IMG/VR virus record: IMGVR_UViG_3300009506_000025
Coordinates: 8,808 to 72,807 of that record
Direction: 5' to 3' (one strand)
Origin: a virus
DNA length: 64,000 nucleotides
The notes under the pieces are model-generated. The model ran no database searches. It was not told where the DNA came from and worked only from the letters and a program-made list of their open reading frames with translations. Every line of letters starts with the position of its first letter. Within the stretch, counting starts at the first letter, position 1. A program made the translations under genes and the position numbers. Of the stretch, positions 56,693-64,000 are shown piece after piece.

Positions 56693-57344
56693 CGAGCGGA
56701 GGAAACTGAGACTGCAAGGGACGCCGGAGTGGCAGGAGGATCGGCTGGGGAAGATCACCGCCAGCCGGTTCGCCGCTGTGATCACTCAACCGCGATCGAA
56801 AGCCGCCAGGGATCTTGGTGAATTCTCAGAGACCGCCAAAAGGTATGCTTGGGACAAAGTGGCCGAGATCCTCACCGGAAAGTCGCAGGACCCTCCCGAG
56901 AATGCCGCGATGCGGTGGGGGACTAGCACGGAGCCCGACGCCAGGGGACTCTATGAGGAACTGACGGGGATCGAAGTCCAGGAGGTTGGATTTATCACGC
57001 ATCCCGAGGAACCCATGGTGGGTGGTTCACCAGATGGTTTGGTGGGCACGGATGGGGGGATTGAGATAAAGTGCCCATTCAACACGAGAATCCACTTAGG
57101 GTATCGTGTCGAGGGGATACTTCCACCTGAGTATGTCGCTCAGGTCCAAGGGCTGCTCTGGATCACAGGCCGAGAGTGGTGGGATTTTGTGAGCTATGAC
57201 CCCCGGATCGTCAAAGACCTGCGGATCGCCTTCTGGCGGCTGCGGGTCAAGCGACACGAGTCTTTTATCGATCAACTCCAGGAGCGGGTTTTCGAGATCC
57301 GAAACTACATCCTGGAGATGCTCTGCCAACTCAAAGGAGGATAG
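56682..57344 (+). CDS. Lambda-exonuclease/YqaJ-family recombination nuclease
   Basis: QGTPEW..R.GKITAS, WGTSTE, GSPDGLV, IEIKCP, QVQGLLW. Confidence 0.92.
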   Translation: MSVDERRKLRLQGTPEWQEDRLGKITASRFAAVITQPRSKAARDLGEFSETAKRYAWDKVAEILTGKSQDPPENAAMRWGTSTEPDARGLYEELTGIEVQEVGFITHPEEPMVGGSPDGLVGTDGGIEIKCPFNTRIHLGYRVEGILPPEYVAQVQGLLWITGREWWDFVSYDPRIVKDLRIAFWRLRVKRHESFIDQLQERVFEIRNYILEMLCQLKGG

Positions 57345-57346
57345 AA

Positions 57347-58432
57347 GTGGGTACGGACCTAGCAGTGACTACGCACCGCGAGGCCGGGACTTCGATGATC
57401 GAGGTCAGTGGTCAGCGGGCGATGGCGGAAATCCAGGCGGCGATGACGATCGCCAAGCGGTTCCCGCGGGACGAGACGGCGGCAATCGAGAGGATCAGGC
57501 GGGCCTGCCAGCGTACAGGGCTGGCTGAGCAGGCGGTCTACCAGTATCCCCGAGGCGGGACCAAGGTGGAGGGCCCGTCGATCAGACTGGCTGAGTGCAT
57601 GGCACAGAACTGGGGCAACTTGGACTTCGGGATCATCGAGCTGGAGCAGCGCGACGGCGACAGCGACGTCATGGCCTACGCCTGGGATTTGGAGACGAAT
57701 ACCCGGCAGACGAAGGTGTTCACCGTCAAGCACGAGCGCCGCACCAGGCAAGGCGTGAGCAAGCTGGACGACCCCCGCGACGTCTACGAGATGGTGGCCA
57801 ACCAGGGCGCCAGAAGGCTCCGGGCCTGTATCCTGGGCGTGATCCCCGGTGACGTGCAAGACAAGGCGCTGGCTGAATGCCGCAAGACGCTCACGGGGGG
57901 CTCCAAGCAGCCGCTGGGGGACAGGGTCCAGGCCATGGTCGGCGCCTTCAGCGACCTCGGGGTGAGCCAGACCATGATCGAGGGGCGGCTGGGATACCGG
58001 ATCGCCTCCTGCGACGAGCACGGACTGGTGAAGTTGCGGAGCATCTACACTAGCCTCCGAGACGGCATGAGCAGCCGGGAGGACTGGTTCGACGTGGCCA
58101 AGGCGGAGGCAGTGGCTACTCACCGAGAGCAGGCCCAAGAGATCCGGCGCGCCCAGGGCGTGGATGCGCCCGCGCCAGAGGAGCCGGAGTACCATCCCCC
58201 GACGCTACAGCAAGACGAGAAATGCAGCGTCGACCGGGTTAAAGAGATGCAGTTTTCCATGGAGCAGATCGCCGGACTGATGGGGATTCGGGAGGTCAAG
58301 GATTATCGGGCGGACCTTGGTTCCTATCCCTGGTTCCTGCCACAAGACATCGAAGACCTGGAGGCCGCCTGCGACAAGCGGATCGAGGAGATCCGGGCGA
58401 GCCGGGGCGGGCGGAAGGGGAGCGACGCGTAG
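57347..58432 (+). CDS. Putative single-strand annealing (recombination) protein
   Basis: Adjacent to the exonuclease; IAKRFPRD, YQYPRGG..VEGPSIRLAE, AWDLETN. Confidence 0.6.
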   Translation: MGTDLAVTTHREAGTSMIEVSGQRAMAEIQAAMTIAKRFPRDETAAIERIRRACQRTGLAEQAVYQYPRGGTKVEGPSIRLAECMAQNWGNLDFGIIELEQRDGDSDVMAYAWDLETNTRQTKVFTVKHERRTRQGVSKLDDPRDVYEMVANQGARRLRACILGVIPGDVQDKALAECRKTLTGGSKQPLGDRVQAMVGAFSDLGVSQTMIEGRLGYRIASCDEHGLVKLRSIYTSLRDGMSSREDWFDVAKAEAVATHREQAQEIRRAQGVDAPAPEEPEYHPPTLQQDEKCSVDRVKEMQFSMEQIAGLMGIREVKDYRADLGSYPWFLPQDIEDLEAACDKRIEEIRASRGGRKGSDA

Positions 58433-58587
58433 GCAAAATTGCCGTTGCAGGGAATCAGGTTGGGGGGTTTAATGGTGGCGTGATGATTGACGATCCCAAG
58501 GACCATTGCCCCTCCCCGGAATTCTCTGGGCCATCTGCCCGGGTCATTCATCACAACGGGGAGGGGCATACTTTTGGGGAGTTCGCT

Positions 58588-59316
58588 ATGGCTGGCGATT
58601 GGATTAAGGTGGAGAACGTCACCCCCAATAAGCCGGAGGTATTCCAGATCGCCGAGATCATGGATATCACCCCAGATGACGCCCTCGGTAAGCTCATCAG
58701 GCTGTGGGTTTGGGCGGATGAGCAGACCTACGACGGTAACGCTTCTGTAACGACGCGAGCGCTAGTCGATCGTGTCGCTGGCGCAACAGGTTTTGCAAAC
58801 GCGCTGATTGACGCTGGCTGGCTGGTAGTAGAATCTGGGGGTTTGGTCTTTCCGAACTTTCTCCGCCACAACGGGCAAAGTGCTAAGACGAGAGCACTTA
58901 CGGCAAAACGAGTGCAGGCACATAGGGCAAGAAAAACTAACGATGTTGGCGTTACGCAAGCGTTACCAGAGAAGAGAAGAGTAAAGAGAAGAGTATACCC
59001 CCCTTTATCCCCCCAGGGGGAAACGGGGGAAACCACACCGACAGAGTTCTGTTTTCCTCAAGAGATCGATACCGACGACTTCCATGATGCTTGGAGTGAG
59101 TGGGAGTCCCATCGCGCTGAGATCCACAAGGATCTCACTCCTACGTCGGCCAAAGTACAGTTAGACAAACTAGCAAAGATGGGTGAGCAGAGGGCGATTG
59201 CGGCAATTAGGCACTCTATAGGTCAGAGTTACGTTGGGATCGTCGAGCCGACACAGATCTCGGGAGTCAAAAAGAAGTTCACCACCCGCGGCATGGATTT
59301 GGGGGGCGTCACATGA
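58588..59316 (+). CDS. Phage replication initiator-like protein
   Basis: MAGDWIKV..KPEV..LIRLWVWAD..FPNF.RHNGQSAK.R; C-terminal AWSEW..HR. Confidence 0.75.
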   Translation: MAGDWIKVENVTPNKPEVFQIAEIMDITPDDALGKLIRLWVWADEQTYDGNASVTTRALVDRVAGATGFANALIDAGWLVVESGGLVFPNFLRHNGQSAKTRALTAKRVQAHRARKTNDVGVTQALPEKRRVKRRVYPPLSPQGETGETTPTEFCFPQEIDTDDFHDAWSEWESHRAEIHKDLTPTSAKVQLDKLAKMGEQRAIAAIRHSIGQSYVGIVEPTQISGVKKKFTTRGMDLGGVT

Positions 59317-59729
59317 CGAGATGGGAGTTCGATGATTGGATGGACTTGCACACCTCGCACTTCCCCGGCTTGGCGATCTGGCTGGAGAAGATGGACGAGG
59401 CACAACGGAAGGGTGTGATGGCCGTCTGGCTTGAGACCCTCTCTCCGCACACGCGAGACGACGCGCTGAAGGCGACCAAGAAGTTGTTCGCCATGAATCC
59501 CCGGAAGCTGTTTTACGAGCACCACCCCCAGGTCCTGCGATCGATCATCGAGGAGATCGAGGTGGCGCGCCGAGCGGAGGAGGATGGGGGCGACTCCAAG
59601 CGACTCCGCGAGGAGGGCGATCGTTGGAGGGCAGAGATGGAGGCGAATCCCTGGGAGCCGATCCTCCCCGAGATCAAGCGGGTGATGGGAGGAGAGGGAG
59701 TTCCTTCAGAAGAGGAGGTGCCGTTTTGA
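59313..59729 (+). CDS. Possible helicase loader/inhibitor
   Basis: Directly follows the initiator; MTRWEF..W..L helical pattern. Confidence 0.4.
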   Translation: MTRWEFDDWMDLHTSHFPGLAIWLEKMDEAQRKGVMAVWLETLSPHTRDDALKATKKLFAMNPRKLFYEHHPQVLRSIIEEIEVARRAEEDGGDSKRLREEGDRWRAEMEANPWEPILPEIKRVMGGEGVPSEEEVPF

Positions 59730-60265
59730 GTCTGCCGCCTATCGTTTTCCACGTCATCGGAAAGCCCGCCACGCAGGGCAGCAAGGTTCAACATATCCTC
59801 CGTGGCAGGAATGGCCAGCCGATCACCAAGGACGGCAGGCCGATTACAGTGATGCGGGAGATGAACCCAAAGTTGCTGGCTTGGCGACAAGAGGTCGCCT
59901 ACGCAGCTTCCATGGCCTACCAAGGCCCTTTGCTGAGCGGCGCCGTCGAACTGCATGTTGCATTTTCCAAGCCCCGCCCCAAGTCACATTACCGCACAGG
60001 CAGGTACGCAGGAGTTCTTCGCGAGGACGCCCCTGCATACCCCACGACCGCCCCCGATCTCGACAAGCTGGAGCGGGCCGTGTGCGATGCCTTAACTGGG
60101 GTAATTTGGGTAAACGACGCACAGATTGTTCAAAAGCTAAGCGACAAAGCATGGGGGTTATTCAAGGTGACCGTAGTGGTCCAGAGCCTTGACGGCCTGG
60201 TGCGGAAGCCCGAAGAGAAAAAACTGGGGTCGACAGATTCTGGAGATCCCTGTCAAATCACGTAG
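59726..60265 (+). CDS. rusA: RusA-family Holliday junction resolvase
   Basis: GKPATQGSK, PRPKSH, PDLDKLERAVCDALTG..WVNDAQIV. Confidence 0.9.
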   Translation: MSLPPIVFHVIGKPATQGSKVQHILRGRNGQPITKDGRPITVMREMNPKLLAWRQEVAYAASMAYQGPLLSGAVELHVAFSKPRPKSHYRTGRYAGVLREDAPAYPTTAPDLDKLERAVCDALTGVIWVNDAQIVQKLSDKAWGLFKVTVVVQSLDGLVRKPEEKKLGSTDSGDPCQIT

Positions 60266-60303
60266 TACGGAAACCACCTTTCATTCAATCAAGGAGTCGA
60301 GTA

Positions 60304-60957
60304 ATGGAAACGCTCTACGGAGTGGCGATGGAATCTGAGTTCTACGAACACCTCAAGGCTGAGTTCACGGCCTTGAAGCAGACGATTGTGGCGGAGTTGG
60401 GCGATGGCCTCGACCTCTCGGACATCCCGCCGATTGTGAGCCAGTTTGTTCGGTCTGGCGTGACGATTGTTGGCGAGCTTCAGGCGGCAGGACCGGACAA
60501 GGAGGCGATACTGCTGGGGGCATTGATGGAGTTCTACGACCAGGAAGTCGAGCCACGTATCAGCTTTCCCTACGCTGACCAGACCAAGCCGATGATTCGG
60601 AGCAACGTCCAGGGCGTGGCTAAGGCTCTGATTGCGATTGTTGTGCCGCTGTTTGAATCGAAGCCGATGGCTGGTGCTGAAGACCCCGCTGCATCCGTCG
60701 AGCGACTGGGCTTTTTTCAGCGGCGTCAACTTGGTCTGACGCTAATCAATGTGTCCCGTAAGAATCTCAAGGATAGCGGCGAGATACGGGATGGCATGGA
60801 TAACGCCACGATGGCTTTGGCGGTGGCGAACGCTCTGATAGCAGAAGAGCCAGAAGCCTACAAGGCTGCCGCCGGTCGTGACTGGTCGACCTTCTTCGAG
60901 TCCCTGATCGCTTTTCTGGAGAAGTTCATCCCGCTCCTGATTACCATTTTGTTCTGA
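60304..60957 (+). CDS. Hypothetical protein with an amphipathic/hydrophobic C-terminus
   Basis: AAGGAG RBS; DWSTFFESLIAFLEKFIPLLITILF. Confidence 0.65.
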   Translation: METLYGVAMESEFYEHLKAEFTALKQTIVAELGDGLDLSDIPPIVSQFVRSGVTIVGELQAAGPDKEAILLGALMEFYDQEVEPRISFPYADQTKPMIRSNVQGVAKALIAIVVPLFESKPMAGAEDPAASVERLGFFQRRQLGLTLINVSRKNLKDSGEIRDGMDNATMALAVANALIAEEPEAYKAAAGRDWSTFFESLIAFLEKFIPLLITILF

Positions 60958-61108
60958 TGTTAGCCGAGGCCATGAGATCCTACGAGAGACTGACGCCTCC
61001 GAGCCAGCTTGTCGAGGTGACTACAGCCCTCAAAAATGGCGAGTTGATTCACAAAATGGGTCGAGAGGTGATGAAGATGCTTGATAGCCAAAAGGAGGTT
61101 CAAGAGAA

Positions 61109-61804
61109 ATGATTTGCTCACTCGTTCTTGTCCTCGGCCTGATGATTGCCGGGGACGCCTATGCCGCCTCTCCACAGGCGGCGATTGTAGTACCTGACTC
61201 AGTTCAGGAGCATCATCTCGTGAAGGCAGCGAGCGAGTTGCCAGGCACGGGCTATGCTTGGTTTGTACTTGGGCCTACTGGATTTGCTGAATGGGAGCCA
61301 GTTCGTGGAGACAGGTCGGCTATCGTCTTCACTGGAGCACCGGGCAAGTATCAGTTAATGCTGGTGGTGCAGATTGAGGGTGGCGGGCTTGAGCAGGCAC
61401 AGAAGATGATTGCGATAGTTGGGGCGGAACCTCAACCGCAACCCAACCCACAGCCCAATCCCAACCCGCAGCCAAACCCGACACCGGGCAAGGCTACCTA
61501 CGGCGTGATAATCGAGGAGCGAGATTACAGAGACGACCTCGGACCAAAACGAGCGATGGTTTTTGAGTCGAAACTTATCAGAGACCTTTTTGGACCGGGC
61601 CGTTTCCAATGCCGAGATGACGATGTTGTTGATGAGAATGGCAATCCGCCTGCTGATATTGAACCGTACATTGTTAGAGCAAGACGACTAGGGCTGCCTT
61701 CGTTGTTTTTGGTGGACGACAGCGGCGAGGTGGTATTTGAGGGTCCGGTCCCTGCGGACGTGCCAGCGGCGGTGAAGCTGATTCAGAGATATCAGGAGAA
61801 CTAA
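61109..61804 (+). CDS. Exported protein with a PQPN linker and a thioredoxin-like C-terminal domain
   Basis: Signal peptide ending AYA; FTGAPGKY; PQPQPNPQPNPNPQPNP; LPSLFLVD..G.V. Confidence 0.65.
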   Translation: MICSLVLVLGLMIAGDAYAASPQAAIVVPDSVQEHHLVKAASELPGTGYAWFVLGPTGFAEWEPVRGDRSAIVFTGAPGKYQLMLVVQIEGGGLEQAQKMIAIVGAEPQPQPNPQPNPNPQPNPTPGKATYGVIIEERDYRDDLGPKRAMVFESKLIRDLFGPGRFQCRDDDVVDENGNPPADIEPYIVRARRLGLPSLFLVDDSGEVVFEGPVPADVPAAVKLIQRYQEN

Positions 61805-61869
61805 TCAGCGGCGGCGGATGGGCCGTTTGTAATACAGCGGAGTCGGTATCCGCTGACCTGGAGGATGAA

Positions 61870-62067
61870 ATGAGTGGGCATCGATGGATTGGCAGGCGCT
61901 TCCTGCCCGATCGCTATGGTTGTCGGTGCAGAATGCTGGTTGCTTCCCGCGGCAAGTTTCTCCTGTAGTTTGAGGATGGTTGGCAGGTCGCAACAGTTCG
62001 GGGGACGTTTCGGCGATCGAGGAGTGATCCAGCGGATGAGTCATCCGCTGTACCAAGGGCATCATGA
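61870..62067 (+). pseudogene. Small phage ORF interrupted by an in-frame TAG at 61966
   Basis: GGAGG RBS; MSGHRW..RGKFLL*FEDGWQVATVRG..; the frame runs on to a TGA overlapping the MTase ATG. Confidence 0.5.
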
Positions 62068-62747
62068 GTTTACCTAACTGCTACCGTTGCGAGCGCCAGC
62101 CGTGCGAGTGCCACGACGGGATAACGCTGTACCATGCCGACTGTAGAGACATCCTGCTGCTGCTGGAAAAGGGGAGCGTGGACTTGGTGTTGACGGACCC
62201 GCCGTATGGGATTCTTAACCTCAACGGGAAAAACGGGGCGATCAGAAAATCCCCACGGGCATCTGATTCTGGCAAGTTGAAAAATCGGAAAATCAATACG
62301 GCTTCATTTCAATGGGACAATGAACGGCCCACTCGGGAAGAGTTGGAAAACCTGCGTGCGATCTCCGGGCACCAAATTATCTGGGGTGGCAACTACCTGG
62401 AACTGCCACCAACACGTTGCATTCTGGCTTGGGACAAAATCCAACCCTGGCCAAATTTCAGCCAAGTCGAGCTGGCTTGGACGTCGCTAGATCGTCCGGC
62501 AGCACTCTTCCGATACGATTGCTGTCGCGTACACGAAAAGCAGCATCCGACCCAGAAACCACTGCCATTGATCCTATGGTGTCTCAATTTCATTCCCAAT
62601 GCTAAGACCGTCCTTGACCCCTTCGCCGGTTCCGGCACGACTGGCCGGGCGTGCAAGGACCTCGGCCGCAAGTGCATCATGGTGGAGATCGAGGAGCGGT
62701 ACTGCGAGATCGCCGCCCGCCGGCTTGAACAAGAGGTGCTGTTTTGA
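62064..62747 (+). CDS. Orphan beta-class DNA N6-adenine/N4-cytosine methyltransferase
   Basis: TDPPYG, HPTQKP, VLDPFAGSGTT. Confidence 0.92.
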   Translation: MSLPNCYRCERQPCECHDGITLYHADCRDILLLLEKGSVDLVLTDPPYGILNLNGKNGAIRKSPRASDSGKLKNRKINTASFQWDNERPTREELENLRAISGHQIIWGGNYLELPPTRCILAWDKIQPWPNFSQVELAWTSLDRPAALFRYDCCRVHEKQHPTQKPLPLILWCLNFIPNAKTVLDPFAGSGTTGRACKDLGRKCIMVEIEERYCEIAARRLEQEVLF

Positions 62748-62792
62748 CTGGACGTACAGCGGACTAGGCATCCGCTGACCCGGGAGGATGAA

Positions 62793-62891
62793 ATGATCAT
62801 TACGGAATGCCCGTACTGCGGCCATGTTTGGGAAGTCGACCACGACCTGGGCGACACGTGCCCGTGTCCCAACTGTGGCGAATTGAGCTAA
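62793..62891 (+). CDS. 32-aa Zn-ribbon microprotein (not in ORF track)
   Basis: GGAGG RBS; MIITECPYCGHVWEVDHDLGDTCPCPNCGELS. Confidence 0.6.
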   Translation: MIITECPYCGHVWEVDHDLGDTCPCPNCGELS

Positions 62892-63037
62892 CCACGGCGG
62901 CGGCGTGGCTGTCTGCGAGAAGGTCAAGGCGAAAGCACAGCCGAGGGACAACGACAGCGGAAGCAAACCGGAGTGCTGTCGGAGTGCTAGCCAGCCGACG
63001 GACTCCGGCCCGCCGTGGATGTTACAGGAGAATAAAG

Positions 63038-63391
63038 GTGGCCGGTTATTTAGTAAGGGAGTTGATAGCAGAGAATGAGCGCCTAAAGGCACAGGTATCC
63101 TCTCAAGAGAATAACCTTCAAGAGTGGGAAGCAACAGGCGACCGCATTATGGAGTATGTCACCGGGAAGCGAGCCATGCTTTCTGAGTCGGATGTGATGG
63201 GCGAGTTCGACCAGTGTATCCACATGTTGAAAGAACTACTCGATGTGGCCGACGCATTCCTGGCGGAACCGCCAAAGGATGCCTTAGACTGGGAGCCGTT
63301 CAACCAGTACACGACGGTCAAAGATTGTCGTGAGTTAAACGCAGCCTACAAAAAAGCCAGAGCGTTTCTCAAGGAAAGGAGAGTCTCGTGA
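63038..63391 (+). CDS. Hypothetical coiled-coil protein
   Basis: CAGGAG RBS before GTG 63038. Confidence 0.55.
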   Translation: MAGYLVRELIAENERLKAQVSSQENNLQEWEATGDRIMEYVTGKRAMLSESDVMGEFDQCIHMLKELLDVADAFLAEPPKDALDWEPFNQYTTVKDCRELNAAYKKARAFLKERRVS

Positions 63392-63699
63392 GCAACGAGT
63401 TCCTAGAGCATCCCGTCTATGTGCAACTCGTCTCTTTCGGAATGCCGGAAGGACTGCCTGGAGACGAACAGGCAATGTGGTTGAACGGCGCCTTCCACGG
63501 TTATGCTCGACGGGATGCCGAGCGGTTCAGTCGGATACTTGAATTGGAGACAGAGAACAAACAGCTAAAGGGACTGCTGAATGAAGCCTGTGCAAAGTTT
63601 GGGCATACGATGGTTTCTCCAGACCCAGACACAAGTGACTACGTATGTACCGATTGGTGTCTACGCTGTCGAATCGAAAAGTTAGGAGAACAGACGTGA
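63388..63699 (+). CDS. Hypothetical protein
   Basis: AAGGAG RBS; coupled on both sides. Confidence 0.55.
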   Translation: MSNEFLEHPVYVQLVSFGMPEGLPGDEQAMWLNGAFHGYARRDAERFSRILELETENKQLKGLLNEACAKFGHTMVSPDPDTSDYVCTDWCLRCRIEKLGEQT

Positions 63700-64000
63700 G
63701 CAACGACCCCCAATACGATGCGGAGCAGGCAACGATGCACGCCCGCTACCACAAACTGCTTGCCCAATACACGGAGAAGCCTTTTGCCACCCGCCATACC
63801 GACGAGGACGTGGAGGCATCTCTGACGCTGGTGGAAGAAGCAATGCTGGCCCATCCGCCGTTGTGCGAGTGTGAGACGGAGGACGGGCGAAAGGTGTGGA
63901 TGCCGAGGAAGCCTGGCATCCTGGAGGAGTCACCGCTGCCAGCAGGAAAACGGTTGCCGTTGGAGGTGCAGTCGCTTGCCGAGTCTGGCATCAAGGTGAT

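Noticed and set aside
62064-62747. Restriction-modification system
   Set aside because: No cognate endonuclease nearby; orphan MTases are common in phages

Overview
The whole window reads as one tailed-phage genome segment, probably most of a circularly permuted genome; I see no host housekeeping genes. A Planctomycetota-like host is only a weak guess. Layout: (1) 1-20.4 kb (+): a truncated LamG-type virion protein, then a ~950-aa protein that is almost entirely Thr-Pro-Ser(Ala) mucin-like repeats, followed directly by ~20 mostly translationally coupled glycan-building genes. These are about 12 glycosyltransferase(-like) genes (GT2, GT17, a polypeptide-GalNAc-transferase/GT27-like enzyme, GT25, GT34, GT11), a GDP-mannose 3',5'-epimerase-like enzyme, 6 SAM methyltransferase(-like) genes and a sulfotransferase. 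(2) 20.5-41.1 kb (+): AP2 protein, scaffold, capsid, terminase, portal, neck, an internally duplicated tail tube, a possible mini tape measure and large ejection-type proteins. (3) 41.0-53.6 kb (-): serine recombinase, MoxR ATPase plus DUF2201/vWA peptidase, a beta-clamp-like protein and many small genes. (4) 53.6-54.8 kb: repeat-rich divergent control region. (5) 54.8-64 kb (+): XRE regulator, lambda-type exonuclease with a putative annealing protein, replication initiator, RusA and a DNA methyltransferase. The top candidate new system is a phage-encoded mucin-type O-glycosylation pathway together with its own mucin-like substrate. Several candidate structured RNA elements are also reported. 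All family assignments come from motif recognition by eye, not database searches.
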